From Candidatus Woesearchaeota archaeon (GTDB taxonomy: Archaea > Nanobdellota > Nanobdellia > Woesearchaeales > GW2011-AR15): a stretch of DNA of 42,227 nucleotides. Positions 1 through 9,906 of the stretch are shown in pieces. The stretch is taken from the NCBI GenBank assembly GCA_038874655.1, contig JAVZBY010000002.1:1-42227 (forward strand), in the 5' to 3' direction. The position numbers were made by a program, and so were the translations under genes. The notes under the pieces are model-generated. The model did not search any database and was not told the DNA's origin. It saw only the letters and a list, made by a program, of their open reading frames with translations. The stretch's first letter is position 1; every line of letters starts with the position of its first letter.

Positions 1-70
1 TTCTATCTCTTTGCTCTCTCCTCTCTGCCTCTCTAATTGCCTTTATAAACTCTTGTAAGGGTGATGTCAT
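1..70 (-). CDS. N-terminal part of a hypothetical protein running off the window (MTSPLQEFIKAIREAERREQRDR...)
   Basis: ATG at 70-68 overlaps the TGA of ORF 67..636 (ATGA), preceded by SD GAGGGGTGAT; frame open to the window edge; not in the ORF track. Confidence 0.7.
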   Translation of the reverse strand, partial: MTSPLQEFIKAIREAERREQRDR

Positions 71-636
71 TTTTTATCACCCCTCTTCTTCTTTAATGCC
101 CTTATATAAATTGTCCAGATTGTTTTATTATTACGATTTAATAGTTTAGCAATCTCTATTAATTTTAATCCTCTATCCTTAAAATATAAGCAAATGCTTT
201 CAAAGCATGTTAATTTTTTTTCAAATATACTAAGGGGGATAGAATATTTATAATTTATGTTATTAAAGAGGTTTTTTTTCTTTTTAACAGCATTATTATA
301 ACTGCTAATAACATTAGAATGACTTCTTTTAATTAATTTTGAAATTTCTTTAAAACTTAAGTTTAGATTTTCATGTAAATATTTCACAATTGCTTCTAAT
401 ATGCCTAAATCTTTCTCAAAAATAGAACAGGGAATTTGAATTTCTTTTTTTTCAAAATAGATTTTAATTTCATACTCTTGTAAACCATTCTTTTCTTTTA
501 TTTCATTTAATAATGAATTTAATACTTTACTAAATATTTGTCTTTCCTCATCCTTTAGAAATTGATCTATCTCTATAATTTGTTTCTTTTTATTTTCTGA
601 AGTTTCTTTTAAATTTTTTTTTAATTTTTTTTTCAA
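67..636 (-). CDS. Putative DNA-binding protein with two tandem sigma70-region-4-like HTH repeats
   Basis: Internal duplication IPCSIFEKDLGILEAIVKYLHE..LSFKEISKLIKRS / IPLSIFEKKLTCFESICLYFKD..LKLIEIAKLLNRN; start uncertain (TTG). Confidence 0.7.
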   Translation of the reverse strand: MKKKLKKNLKETSENKKKQIIEIDQFLKDEERQIFSKVLNSLLNEIKEKNGLQEYEIKIYFEKKEIQIPCSIFEKDLGILEAIVKYLHENLNLSFKEISKLIKRSHSNVISSYNNAVKKKKNLFNNINYKYSIPLSIFEKKLTCFESICLYFKDRGLKLIEIAKLLNRNNKTIWTIYIRALKKKRGDKK

Positions 637-645
637 ATATATTTA

Positions 646-881
646 ATTATTTAAGAAATAATATATAAATTTTACTAAATTATTTAATTAAATTAAAAAA
701 AAATTTTATTTTGTAATATTTTTTTAAATTATTTAAGAATATTTAGCTTATCTTTATCAAATACAAGTTAATTATATAACCTTTCTAATTATAATTTTTT
801 ATTATTTAAGAATTAATTAAATTATTTTTTATTTATAAATATTTTTATTAAATTATATATTATTTAATTTAATTATTTAAG
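646..881. repeat. Dispersed direct repeats ATTATTTAAG (646, 728, 801, 872) and ATTATTTAAT (679, 859) in a divergent intergenic region
   Basis: Read directly from the sequence; region is extremely AT-rich. Confidence 0.55.
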
Positions 882-972
882 ATATTATACTAAATAAAAT
901 AGCTAATATAAAAATAATTAGATCTACACTTTAACAAAATCTTTTTAAGTTGAGTATTTTTTTATAAATTGC

Positions 973-1632
973 ATGTTAAAAGCAGTTATATTTGATAATG
1001 ATGGTGTTTTGTCAGATTCTCACTCTAATATTAATAAATTATTTACTACCCTAGTTAATAATGAATTAAACCTTAATATATCAGAATCAGATTTTGCAAA
1101 ATATCCTGGGATGAGATTTGAACAAAGAGCTGAACAATTTGCAAAAGAAAAAGGATTAATTATTCCAAAAGAGAAAATAGAAAAACTAATAGAAAAAGGA
1201 AGAGAAATATACTTTAAAGAGATATTAAATCAAATAAAACTTTATCCAGGAGTTATTGAATTGTTGAAAGAATTGAAAGAAAACAAAATAAAAATTGGAT
1301 TAGGCACAAATGGTAGCAAAAGAACAATAATGAGATTATTTGATAATTATAATTTGCATGACTATTTTGATTCAATTGTTACTTTTGATGATGCTTCACA
1401 AGGAAAACCTCATCCTGAAATTTTTTTAAAAAACGCAGCAAACATGAAAGTTAAACCAAAAGAATGTGTTGTTATTGAAGATTCTATTGAAGGTATAATG
1501 GCAGCAAAATCTGCACATATGAAAGTTATTGCAGTAAAAACAACTTTAACAGAGAAGGAATTAAAAGATGCAGATTTAATTGTAGAAAGCATTAAAAATT
1601 TAAACCTCAAAAAAATTCAAAGTTTGTTCTAA
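973..1632 (+). CDS. HAD-superfamily phosphatase (beta-phosphoglucomutase/YqaB-like, subfamily IA)
   Basis: Motifs FDNDGV, KPHPEIF, IEDS..G. Confidence 0.92.
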   Translation: MLKAVIFDNDGVLSDSHSNINKLFTTLVNNELNLNISESDFAKYPGMRFEQRAEQFAKEKGLIIPKEKIEKLIEKGREIYFKEILNQIKLYPGVIELLKELKENKIKIGLGTNGSKRTIMRLFDNYNLHDYFDSIVTFDDASQGKPHPEIFLKNAANMKVKPKECVVIEDSIEGIMAAKSAHMKVIAVKTTLTEKELKDADLIVESIKNLNLKKIQSLF

Positions 1633-1658
1633 ATAAAAAAAATTAAAAAATTTAAAAA

Positions 1659-2318
1659 ATGATAAAAGGCATAATCTTTGACATGGACGGAGTAATTATT
1701 GATTCTAACACATTTCATTATTATAATTGGAACTCAGTTTTTAAAAAAAAATTTAATATAGAGATCTCAAAAGAGGATTTTGCTTCTAGGTTAGGAGAAA
1801 GTGCAATCCATTTTACTGAATTTTTTATTAAAAAATATAATCTTGATAAAGAATATAATATAACAGCAGAAAAACTTTTACCAGAAATAATAGAAAAATA
1901 CAAAAATATAAATCATTTAAAATTAAAAACAGGAATTAAAGAAAAATTACCTCTTTTTAAGAAAAATTATAAAATTGCATTAGCAACAGGAGCAAATAAA
2001 GATTGGGCTATACAAGTTTTAGAGCATTTTGAAATAAAAAATTATTTTGATTATATTATAGCTGGAAATGAAGTAAAAAGAGCAAAACCAGAACCAGAAA
2101 TTTTTATAAGAGCCGCACATGGTTTAAATTTAGATACAAGCCAATGTATTGTTATTGAAGATGCAGAATTAGGTATAATAGCAGCAAAAAAAGCAGGTTG
2201 CTTTGTAATAGCAATTCCAGATGATTTAACAAAAAATCAAAATCATAATCTAGCAGATTTAAAATTAAATTCTATAAATGAATTAAATAATGAAATATTG
2301 CAAAAATTAGTAATTTGA
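1659..2318 (+). CDS. HAD-superfamily phosphatase (beta-PGM-like), tandem paralog
   Basis: Motifs FDMDGV, KPEPEIF, IEDA..G. Confidence 0.92.
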   Translation: MIKGIIFDMDGVIIDSNTFHYYNWNSVFKKKFNIEISKEDFASRLGESAIHFTEFFIKKYNLDKEYNITAEKLLPEIIEKYKNINHLKLKTGIKEKLPLFKKNYKIALATGANKDWAIQVLEHFEIKNYFDYIIAGNEVKRAKPEPEIFIRAAHGLNLDTSQCIVIEDAELGIIAAKKAGCFVIAIPDDLTKNQNHNLADLKLNSINELNNEILQKLVI

Positions 2319-2417
2319 AAATAAGAAATATCATAAACTTTTATAAACTTATTTTTATTTATGATAATAAAATAAACCAATTAATTAATTTATATTTTAA
2401 GATTAAAGGGTGAAAAA

Positions 2418-3815
2418 ATGGATTATTATGTTAAAGATTTATCATTAGCAGAATTAGGTAGAAAAGAAATATCATTGGCAGAAAAAGAAATGCCCGGTTT
2501 AATTGCTTTAAGAGAAAAATACGGAAAGGAAAAACCATTAAAGGGAGCCAGAATAACTGGAAGCTTACATATGACAACACAAACAGCAGTTTTAATTGAA
2601 ACATTGAAAATTTTAGGTGCAGAAGTAAGGTGGGCTTCTTGTAATATATATTCAACTAACGATGCAGCAGCAGCAGCAATTGCTAAAGCAGGAATTCCTG
2701 TTTTTGCTTACAAAGGTGAAACCCTAAAAGAATATTGGGAATTTACATTTAAAGCATTAAATTTTCATGGTAAAGGTCCTAATCTAATAGTTGATGATGG
2801 CGGTGATGCAACTTTAATGATACATAAAGGATATGAAATTGAAGAAAATCCAGAATTATTAAAAAAAGATTACTCTAATGAAGGACAAGATTTTATTGAA
2901 TTAATTAATGTTTTAAAAGAAATTTATTCAAAAGATAAAAAAATATGGCATAGATTTGTTAAAGAAATTAAAGGAGTCTCAGAAGAAACAACAACAGGTG
3001 TTCATAGATTATATAAAATGATGGAAGAAAAAAAACTATTGTTCCCAGCAATTAATGTGAATGATTCAGTAACAAAAAGTAAATTTGATAATTTATATGG
3101 TTGTAGAGAAAGTTTAGCAGATGGCATTAAAAGAGCAACAGATGTAATGGTTGCTGGAAAAACAGTTGTTGTATGTGGTTATGGTGAAGTTGGAAAAGGA
3201 TGTGCACAATCAATGAGAGGTTTTGGTGCTCGAGTCATAGTAACAGAGATAGATCCTATTTGTGCACTACAAGCATCAATGGAGGGCTTTGAAGTAAAAA
3301 CAGTCGAAGATTCTTTAGAAGAAGCAGACATTTATATAACAGCAACAGGAAATTGTGATGTTATTACCTTAGAGCATATGCAAAAAATGAAAGACCATGC
3401 AATTGTTGGAAATATTGGACATTTTGATAATGAAATTCAAGTAGATAGATTAGTTAATTTTCCAGGCATAAAAAGAGAAACAATAAAACCACAAGTAGAT
3501 AAATTCACATTTCCAGATGGTCATTCCATAATATTATTATCAATGGGAAGATTATTAAATTTAGGCAATGCAAAAGGACATCCAAGTTTTGTGATGTCAA
3601 CTTCATTTACAAATCAAGTTTTGGCACAATTAAAATTATGGAAGGAAAACTTAAAAATTGGGGTTTATATGCTTCCTAAAAAATTAGATGAAGAAGTTGC
3701 AAGATTGCATTTAGAAAAATTAGGTGTTAAACTAACAAAATTAACAGAAAAACAAGCAAAATACATAAATGTACCAATAGAAGGTCCTTATAAACCTGAG
3801 CATTATAGATATTAA
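2418..3815 (+). CDS. ahcY: Adenosylhomocysteinase (SAH hydrolase)
   Basis: [50 protein letters not shown]-terminal [10 protein letters not shown]; SD AGGGTGA. Confidence 0.98.
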   Translation: MDYYVKDLSLAELGRKEISLAEKEMPGLIALREKYGKEKPLKGARITGSLHMTTQTAVLIETLKILGAEVRWASCNIYSTNDAAAAAIAKAGIPVFAYKGETLKEYWEFTFKALNFHGKGPNLIVDDGGDATLMIHKGYEIEENPELLKKDYSNEGQDFIELINVLKEIYSKDKKIWHRFVKEIKGVSEETTTGVHRLYKMMEEKKLLFPAINVNDSVTKSKFDNLYGCRESLADGIKRATDVMVAGKTVVVCGYGEVGKGCAQSMRGFGARVIVTEIDPICALQASMEGFEVKTVEDSLEEADIYITATGNCDVITLEHMQKMKDHAIVGNIGHFDNEIQVDRLVNFPGIKRETIKPQVDKFTFPDGHSIILLSMGRLLNLGNAKGHPSFVMSTSFTNQVLAQLKLWKENLKIGVYMLPKKLDEEVARLHLEKLGVKLTKLTEKQAKYINVPIEGPYKPEHYRY

Positions 3816-3916
3816 AATTTTTTATTTATATCTTTGTTTTTTTAGATTTCTATATCACTAGATTTTAATTAAAGCTTTTTTTTGTTTTTTTTTGAAATAA
3901 TAAAATTTTTTAATCT

Positions 3917-4477
3917 TTGTTTTTTTTTAATCTTGTGAAACAAAAAAATAAACTCTTTTTTGAAATTAGAAAAACAAACTTTTTTTTTAGATTACTTATT
4001 TTTTTGTTGTTATTCTATTTTATTTTTAAAGGAATTGCAGTTTTAGTAATTTTAATAACTCTCTCTATAGGATTAAGTTATTTAATAAATTCACTAAAAA
4101 TTAGATCTCTTGGTATAGAATTAATAACATTTATTGCAGTTTTATCAGGGATGAGATTTGGTTGGAAACTTTCTTTTATAATAACTTTTATATTGATTAC
4201 ATATCATCTAATTGCAGGAGGCTTTCTTGGAACCTATATCTTTTGGGTAATTCCTGCATATTGTTTAGCTGCGATTATTTCAAGTTTTTTTCCCCATGCT
4301 GATATCACAACATTAGGGATAATTATGACACTTGGAATTAATTTAAATAATATCTTCTTTACATCAATAACCAATATTGAATATTTACCAAAATATATGA
4401 TATATGTTATAACAAACATAATTTTTAATTTTTTATTATTTACAATTTTTGGGAAAATTTTTTTACTTTTGATGTAA
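3917..4477 (+). CDS. Integral membrane protein (about 6 TM; possibly ECF S-component-like)
   Basis: Hydrophobic helices, ELITFIAVLSGMRFG motif; start uncertain. Confidence 0.65.
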   Translation: MFFFNLVKQKNKLFFEIRKTNFFFRLLIFLLLFYFIFKGIAVLVILITLSIGLSYLINSLKIRSLGIELITFIAVLSGMRFGWKLSFIITFILITYHLIAGGFLGTYIFWVIPAYCLAAIISSFFPHADITTLGIIMTLGINLNNIFFTSITNIEYLPKYMIYVITNIIFNFLLFTIFGKIFLLLM

Positions 4478-4629
4478 TTCTTTGTTTAAGGTTTTTTATG
4501 TTCTTTTATTAATTAAGCAAATATATTACTAAAATAAATTTAAAATAAACATTATTTTATATATTTTTTAAACTATATTTTTTAAAATCTATAAAAAACT
4601 TTTTAAATGAATAATTTTTTTTAATTTTT

Positions 4630-4902
4630 ATGGCAGACATCTTTAGTGTTTTTTTCAGAGAAAAACCAGCTAAAATGCTCATAGAAATGCGTAGAACAAC
4701 AAAAAAAGGTATATATGCTTCTAATATTGCAAAAGCAGTTGATTGTACTTATTCTCATGTTGTTAAAATATTACAACAAATGGAAAAATCTGGCTTAGTT
4801 GCTTTCAATAAACAAGGCAGATTAAAATATTTAACATTAACAAAAAAAGGAGAAGAAGTTGCTAATTATATTGATAAAATAAGTCAAACTTTAAAAGAAT
4901 AA
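4630..4902 (+). CDS. Winged-helix (MarR-like) transcriptional regulator
   Basis: YASNIAKAVDCTYSHVVKILQQME..GLV...GR...LTKKG; upstream TATA-like TTTTAAA. Confidence 0.85.
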   Translation: MADIFSVFFREKPAKMLIEMRRTTKKGIYASNIAKAVDCTYSHVVKILQQMEKSGLVAFNKQGRLKYLTLTKKGEEVANYIDKISQTLKE

Positions 4903-4959
4903 TTTTATAATTCTATTACATTACTTTATTTTTTAAAAACTTTTTATAAACTTAATTAT

Positions 4960-5032
4960 AGCCCTGTGGTGTAGCGGTCAATCATGCAAGGCTCTGGACC
5001 TTGAGACCCAGGTTCGAATCCTGGCAGGGCTA
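4960..5032 (+). tRNA. tRNA-Gln (anticodon CTG)
   Basis: Acceptor AGCCCTG/CAGGGCT, anticodon arm CAAGG-CTCTGGA-CCTTG, T-loop TTCGAAT; A1-U72 typical of archaeal tRNA-Gln; no encoded CCA. Confidence 0.97.
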
Positions 5033-5126
5033 TAAACAAGAAGAATAGCAATGACGAGATAGAAAATGCTAATGGAATAAACATTTTCTTTACCTAGTAT
5101 GGCTATTTTTTAATTATAATCTTTAA

Positions 5127-5720
5127 TTATAATATTTTTAATTTCACTAAAAAACCTTCTCCTAATTTTTTAACAGACAAAACTTTTGCTTCTAAAATGT
5201 TATTGATTTCACCATTAATCATACTAACATGATTATTACCAGCAAATACATTTGCATAGTATATAAAAAAAATATCCCATTCCTTTTCAATAATTAAACT
5301 TCTTATTACTTTACCTCCACCTTCTACTAAGATTTTTTTAATTCCTTTTTCAAACAAAATTTTTTTAATATTTTTCCAAGAAAAATCATTTGTAATTACT
5401 AAATTTTCAATTTTCTTTTTTTCTAATTTCGTTTTTTCTGATGTAATTACAATGGGGTTTCTTTCAAAAATTTTTTTATTAGAATTTAAAACTGCTTCTT
5501 TATCTAAAATTATAGGAACAGGATCTTTTCCATATCCTTTTGAGGTTAAACTTGGATTGTCAATATTAATTGTATTAGCACCAACTAAAAGTCCATCAAC
5601 TTTTGTTCTTAATTTATAAACTCTTTCAAAATCTAGTTTATCTGATAAATATCTTAAAGAAGTTAATCTACCATCTAATGAAACAGCACAATTAATTATA
5701 ACTCTAACATCATTTTTCAT
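5127..5720 (-). CDS. RibD C-terminal-type (Rib7/ArfC-like) pyrimidine reductase, no deaminase domain
   Basis: AVSLDG, VGANT..IDNPSLT, ILVEGGG; likely start MKNDVR at 5720 after GGGAG (track start 5753). Confidence 0.88.
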   Translation of the reverse strand: MKNDVRVIINCAVSLDGRLTSLRYLSDKLDFERVYKLRTKVDGLLVGANTINIDNPSLTSKGYGKDPVPIILDKEAVLNSNKKIFERNPIVITSEKTKLEKKKIENLVITNDFSWKNIKKILFEKGIKKILVEGGGKVIRSLIIEKEWDIFFIYYANVFAGNNHVSMINGEINNILEAKVLSVKKLGEGFLVKLKIL

Positions 5721-6414
5721 TATTTCTCCCTTTTTCATTATAAAATAAGTCATCTAACATATGATGTTGTTTTATCATTTTTGTTTCTAAATATTTTTCA
5801 TTAAATTTATTAGGTTTTATTAAAACAGGAATTCTGCCATTAACAATAATTCCATATTCTTTTAACTGTTCAATTTTATTAGGATTATTTGTAATTAGTT
5901 TAATTGATTTTATCTCTAATGCTTTAATCATCAATGAAGCTATTTTATAATCTCTTTCATCTTCTTTAAACCCAAGAATTAAATTCGCTTCAACAGTGTC
6001 ATATCCTTTATCTTGCAATTCATATGCTTTGATTTTATTAATTAAACCAATACCTCTTCCTTCTTGTCTTAAATATAAAACAACACCATTTCCTAGTTCT
6101 TCAATTTTTTTTAGGGATTCTATCAATTGTCTTCTACAATCACATCTCAATGAACCTAATGCATCACCTGTTAAACATTCAGAATGTAATCTTACAGGAA
6201 CATTCTCTTTATTAGAAACATCCCCTTTTACAATAGCCACATGCTCTTTTTGGTCTTTATTATTGTAAAAAGCAACAATCTTAAAATTTCCAAATTCACT
6301 TGGTAAATTTGCTTTAGCTACTATTTCAACGCAAACATCTTTATCACAATTTCTGCAATAATGATATCTCTTAAGTAGATCATCTGAAAAATTATTAAAA
6401 TTTATATTTAACAT
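5710..6414 (-). CDS. ribA: GTP cyclohydrolase II (monofunctional, bacterial type)
   Basis: VRLHSECLTGD..GSLRCDC, YLRQEGRGIGL, LITNNP.K. Confidence 0.96.
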   Translation of the reverse strand: MLNINFNNFSDDLLKRYHYCRNCDKDVCVEIVAKANLPSEFGNFKIVAFYNNKDQKEHVAIVKGDVSNKENVPVRLHSECLTGDALGSLRCDCRRQLIESLKKIEELGNGVVLYLRQEGRGIGLINKIKAYELQDKGYDTVEANLILGFKEDERDYKIASLMIKALEIKSIKLITNNPNKIEQLKEYGIIVNGRIPVLIKPNKFNEKYLETKMIKQHHMLDDLFYNEKGRNNEK

Positions 6415-6526
6415 AAAATCTAAAATAAATATTAAATTTTTAAATTTATTCTTAAACCTAATAATTAAAATAATAAAAAGATAAAAAACCTTTATTTTTA
6501 TTGACTTAAATAAAGGAAAATTTAAA

Positions 6527-7876
6527 ATGAAAAGTCTATTTATATTCAGAAGAGATTTAAGATTAAATGATAATACTGGATTAATTGAAGCATTAAAAAA
6601 TTCTGATTTTGTTATTCCTATATTTATTTTTGATGATAGACAAATTAAACAAAATGAATATTTCTCTCAAAAAGCATTTTCTTTTATGATAAACTCATTA
6701 ATAGATTTAAACAATGAACTAAGAAAAATAAATAAAAGATTATATTTTTTTCAAGGCATAGCGCATCAAGTTATAGAAAAAATTATCAAAACTGAAAAAA
6801 TTGAAGCTGTTTATTTAAATAGAGATTACACGCCTTTTAGCATACAAAGAGATGAGTCCATGAAAAAGATTTGTAAAGAAAATAATGTAAAATTTTTTTC
6901 ATTTTCAGATGCATTATTAAATGAACCTTTTACTTTAAATAAAATTTATACAATTTTTACACCGTTTTGGAAAGCATATTCTCAAATAAAAGTTAAAAAA
7001 CCACAAAAAAACACATATACAAATTATTACTCTAATAAGATAATTTCTGAAATTTCTTTTGAAAAATTTATTGAACAAAATAAAGATAAACTTGTTAATA
7101 TAAATTCAAAAACAAAAGAAGAAGTAATCAAGGATATAACAAAATTACAAAATTATGATTTAACAAGAGATTTTCCAGAGAAAGAAACATCTTTTTTATC
7201 ATCACATTTAAAATTTGGCACAATATCTGTAAGAGAAGCATTTTACTTAGTTTATGAAAAATTAAATCCTTTTCATCCTTTATTGAGACAGCTTTATTGG
7301 AGAGATTTTTTTTATCATATAGCATATCATTTTCCTTATGTATTTGGAAACCCCTTCAATAAAAAATATCAAAATATAAAATGGGAATTTGATGAAAAAA
7401 AATTTAATGCATGGAAAAATGGTTTAACAGGTTTTCCTATTATTGATGCAGGGATGAGGCAATTAAATCAAACAGGCTATATGCATAATAGAGTTAGAAT
7501 GATAGTTGCTTCATTTTTAACAAAAGATTTGCATATTGACTGGAAAATAGGAGAAAAGTATTTTGCTCAAAAACTAATTGATTATGATCCTTGTATAAAT
7601 AATGGAAATTGGCAATGGTCTGCCTCAGTTGGATGTGATGCTCAGCCATATTTTAGAATATTTAATCCATGGCTTCAACAAAAAAAATTTGATCCAAATT
7701 GTATTTATATAAAAAAATGGGTTCCAGAACTAAAAGAGTTAAAACCAGAAGAGATTCATAATTTAGAAAAAATTGATCCTTCATTAAAAGGAATAAATTA
7801 TCCTAAACCAATTATTAATCATAGTATAGAATCTAAAAAAGCAATAGCTTATTATAAAAATACAATAAAAAATTGA
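6527..7876 (+). CDS. phrB: Class I deoxyribodipyrimidine photolyase
   Basis: FRRDLRLNDN, TSFLSSHLKFG, YWRDFF, TGFPIIDAGMRQL, MHNRVRM, NNGNWQW, FRIFNP. Confidence 0.95.
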   Translation: MKSLFIFRRDLRLNDNTGLIEALKNSDFVIPIFIFDDRQIKQNEYFSQKAFSFMINSLIDLNNELRKINKRLYFFQGIAHQVIEKIIKTEKIEAVYLNRDYTPFSIQRDESMKKICKENNVKFFSFSDALLNEPFTLNKIYTIFTPFWKAYSQIKVKKPQKNTYTNYYSNKIISEISFEKFIEQNKDKLVNINSKTKEEVIKDITKLQNYDLTRDFPEKETSFLSSHLKFGTISVREAFYLVYEKLNPFHPLLRQLYWRDFFYHIAYHFPYVFGNPFNKKYQNIKWEFDEKKFNAWKNGLTGFPIIDAGMRQLNQTGYMHNRVRMIVASFLTKDLHIDWKIGEKYFAQKLIDYDPCINNGNWQWSASVGCDAQPYFRIFNPWLQQKKFDPNCIYIKKWVPELKELKPEEIHNLEKIDPSLKGINYPKPIINHSIESKKAIAYYKNTIKN

Positions 7877-7902
7877 TTTTCAATTAAAATTCTTGATGAA
7901 GG

Positions 7903-8109
7903 TTAATTACTACTTTGTTTTGCTATTATGCAAATATTATTATTTTTTTCTGTAATAAAAACATTATAACTAAACTTAAACAAGCATTTAAAAACTTGTT
8001 TCCATTTAAAATTTCTATAATTAGTCACTTCAATTTCATAGCCACCATAATAAAGATTTAAGACACCACTATTTCCTATTATTTTTTTAAGTTCTTCTTC
8101 ATCTGTCAT
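7903..8109 (-). CDS. Small hypothetical protein, likely co-transcribed with the transporter
   Basis: SD GAGGGGTGA directly after the transporter stop codon. Confidence 0.65.
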   Translation of the reverse strand: MTDEEELKKIIGNSGVLNLYYGGYEIEVTNYRNFKWKQVFKCLFKFSYNVFITEKNNNICIIAKQSSN

Positions 8110-8121
8110 TTTTTCACCCCT

Positions 8122-9543
8122 CTAAGGCATTAATGGTAATTGTAAAATAATTAATAATGCTGCAACAATAGAAGTTATTAAAGTTACAAAAAATCCATAT
8201 TTAATCCATGTTTTAAAACCTATATGTTCATAACCCCTTTTTTGTAAAATTCCTAAAGCAACAATATTTGCAGTACTTCCTATGTGTGTTAGATTCCCAA
8301 AAAAAGTTCCTGCAAAAAGCATTATCCACCATAAAGGAAAACCCATAGTAGGATCTAAGGATATTATATCCTTAACAATTGGAACCATAATAGCAACAGC
8401 TAAGACATTATCTAAAACAGCACTTAATAAACCACCAATTATCATAATAATAATAATTGTTTTTATAATATTATCACCTGTAATATTTCTTAAATTTTTG
8501 CTTAAGATATCAATAACACCTGTATATTCTAATGAACCTACAGAAGCAAACAAGAATATAAAAAATACAAGTGTCCACCAATCAACTCGTCTTTCAATTA
8601 ATTCAGCAGCTTTATCTTTTTCAATAAGCATTGCAATTCCAGCTCCAAACATAGCAAAACCTATTAACATAGTATTTTTCTCTAAATGTAGCATTTTTTC
8701 CACATTTGAATGAAAAACCAACCCTAAAAAAATCAAGCCAAATAAAATAGATGATAAAATTAAATTTTCACCCTCCATCATTGTTTCTTGTCTTTTTTTC
8801 TTTTTAGAATGTTTTATTTTATTTTCCAACTCAGATATTTCATTTTTAAAAAATAAAAAAAACAATCCAATAGTTATACTTAAAGCAATAAAACTTATAG
8901 GAGCAGCCCACCTTAGGAAGTCAGAAAAAGTCAAACCCCCATTTAATGCTACCATAACACCAACAGGATTACCAACAACAGTAGCACTACTGCCAATATT
9001 TGTAGCAAAAACAGTCATTAAAATAAAAGGAATTGGATTTAACTTATACTTGTTTGTTAAATGTAGTATAATAGAAACCATAATTATTATAGAAGTTACC
9101 TCGTCAATAATAGCTGCAGAGATTGCTGAAACAAGCATTAAAATTATAATTAATAATTTAGGATTATTCCCTACTTTATTTATTATTTTTCCAATAATAA
9201 ACTCAAAAAATTTGCTTTTTTCTAAAAAACCGACAAAAACCATCATACTAATCAAAAACAAGATTATATCAAAATGTGCAAACTCTAATAAACTTTTTAT
9301 GTCAATAACATTAAATGCCAATAACAATCCAATTCCAACAAAAGCAAATGACAATCTTCTATTCCAAAATAAGAATGTTGTAGATATTAAAACCACAATA
9401 ATCATCATAGAAATTGATTGCTTTGTTTGAAAACCAATAAACTTTGTAAAATAATAAACAAAAAAAACTAATATAAACAGAAAAAGATACTTTTTCCAGT
9501 TTTTACTGATTAAATTTAAATTTTCTTGATATTTTGAAAACAT
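8122..9543 (-). CDS. ArsB/NhaD/SLC13-family (IT superfamily) ion transporter
   Basis: Many TM helices; SAIIDEVT, ATNIGSSATVVGNP, SAVLDNV, GNLTHIGSTANIV. Confidence 0.9.
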   Translation of the reverse strand: MFSKYQENLNLISKNWKKYLFLFILVFFVYYFTKFIGFQTKQSISMMIIVVLISTTFLFWNRRLSFAFVGIGLLLAFNVIDIKSLLEFAHFDIILFLISMMVFVGFLEKSKFFEFIIGKIINKVGNNPKLLIIILMLVSAISAAIIDEVTSIIIMVSIILHLTNKYKLNPIPFILMTVFATNIGSSATVVGNPVGVMVALNGGLTFSDFLRWAAPISFIALSITIGLFFLFFKNEISELENKIKHSKKKKRQETMMEGENLILSSILFGLIFLGLVFHSNVEKMLHLEKNTMLIGFAMFGAGIAMLIEKDKAAELIERRVDWWTLVFFIFLFASVGSLEYTGVIDILSKNLRNITGDNIIKTIIIIMIIGGLLSAVLDNVLAVAIMVPIVKDIISLDPTMGFPLWWIMLFAGTFFGNLTHIGSTANIVALGILQKRGYEHIGFKTWIKYGFFVTLITSIVAALLIILQLPLMP

Positions 9544-9584
9544 AATACATAAACTATATAAGTAATATAAAAAATTTATTTTTT

Positions 9585-9830
9585 ATGCAACCCCTTCCAA
9601 AAATAGATGTTCATGGTTTAAATTCACAACAAGCATTAGACTTAATTAGATATAACCTTTATGATTTCTATAAAAGAGGCTTTAATGAAGTTTATATTAT
9701 TCATGGTCATGGTAAGGGTATTTTAAAAACAAAAATAAGACAGATGCTTAAAACCTTTAGTTTTGTAAAAAAAATAAAAAGAGCTTCTCAGTATGAAGGA
9801 GGAGATGGTGTTACAATAGTAATTTTTTAA
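9585..9830 (+). CDS. Stand-alone Smr (MutS2 C-terminal) domain protein
   Basis: IDVHG, IIHGHGKGILK, EGGDGVT. Confidence 0.9.
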   Translation: MQPLPKIDVHGLNSQQALDLIRYNLYDFYKRGFNEVYIIHGHGKGILKTKIRQMLKTFSFVKKIKRASQYEGGDGVTIVIF

Positions 9831-9906
9831 ATTTATATTAAAATAGCATCAAAATCTTTTTAAATTGGTTAAAATTTCTAAAAATATATTTGAAGAATTT
9901 TGAAAG

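Noticed and set aside
5051-5107. C/D box sRNA or SECIS element
   Set aside because: ATGACGA is C-box-like but there is no CTGA D box, and neighbouring genes have no in-frame TGA
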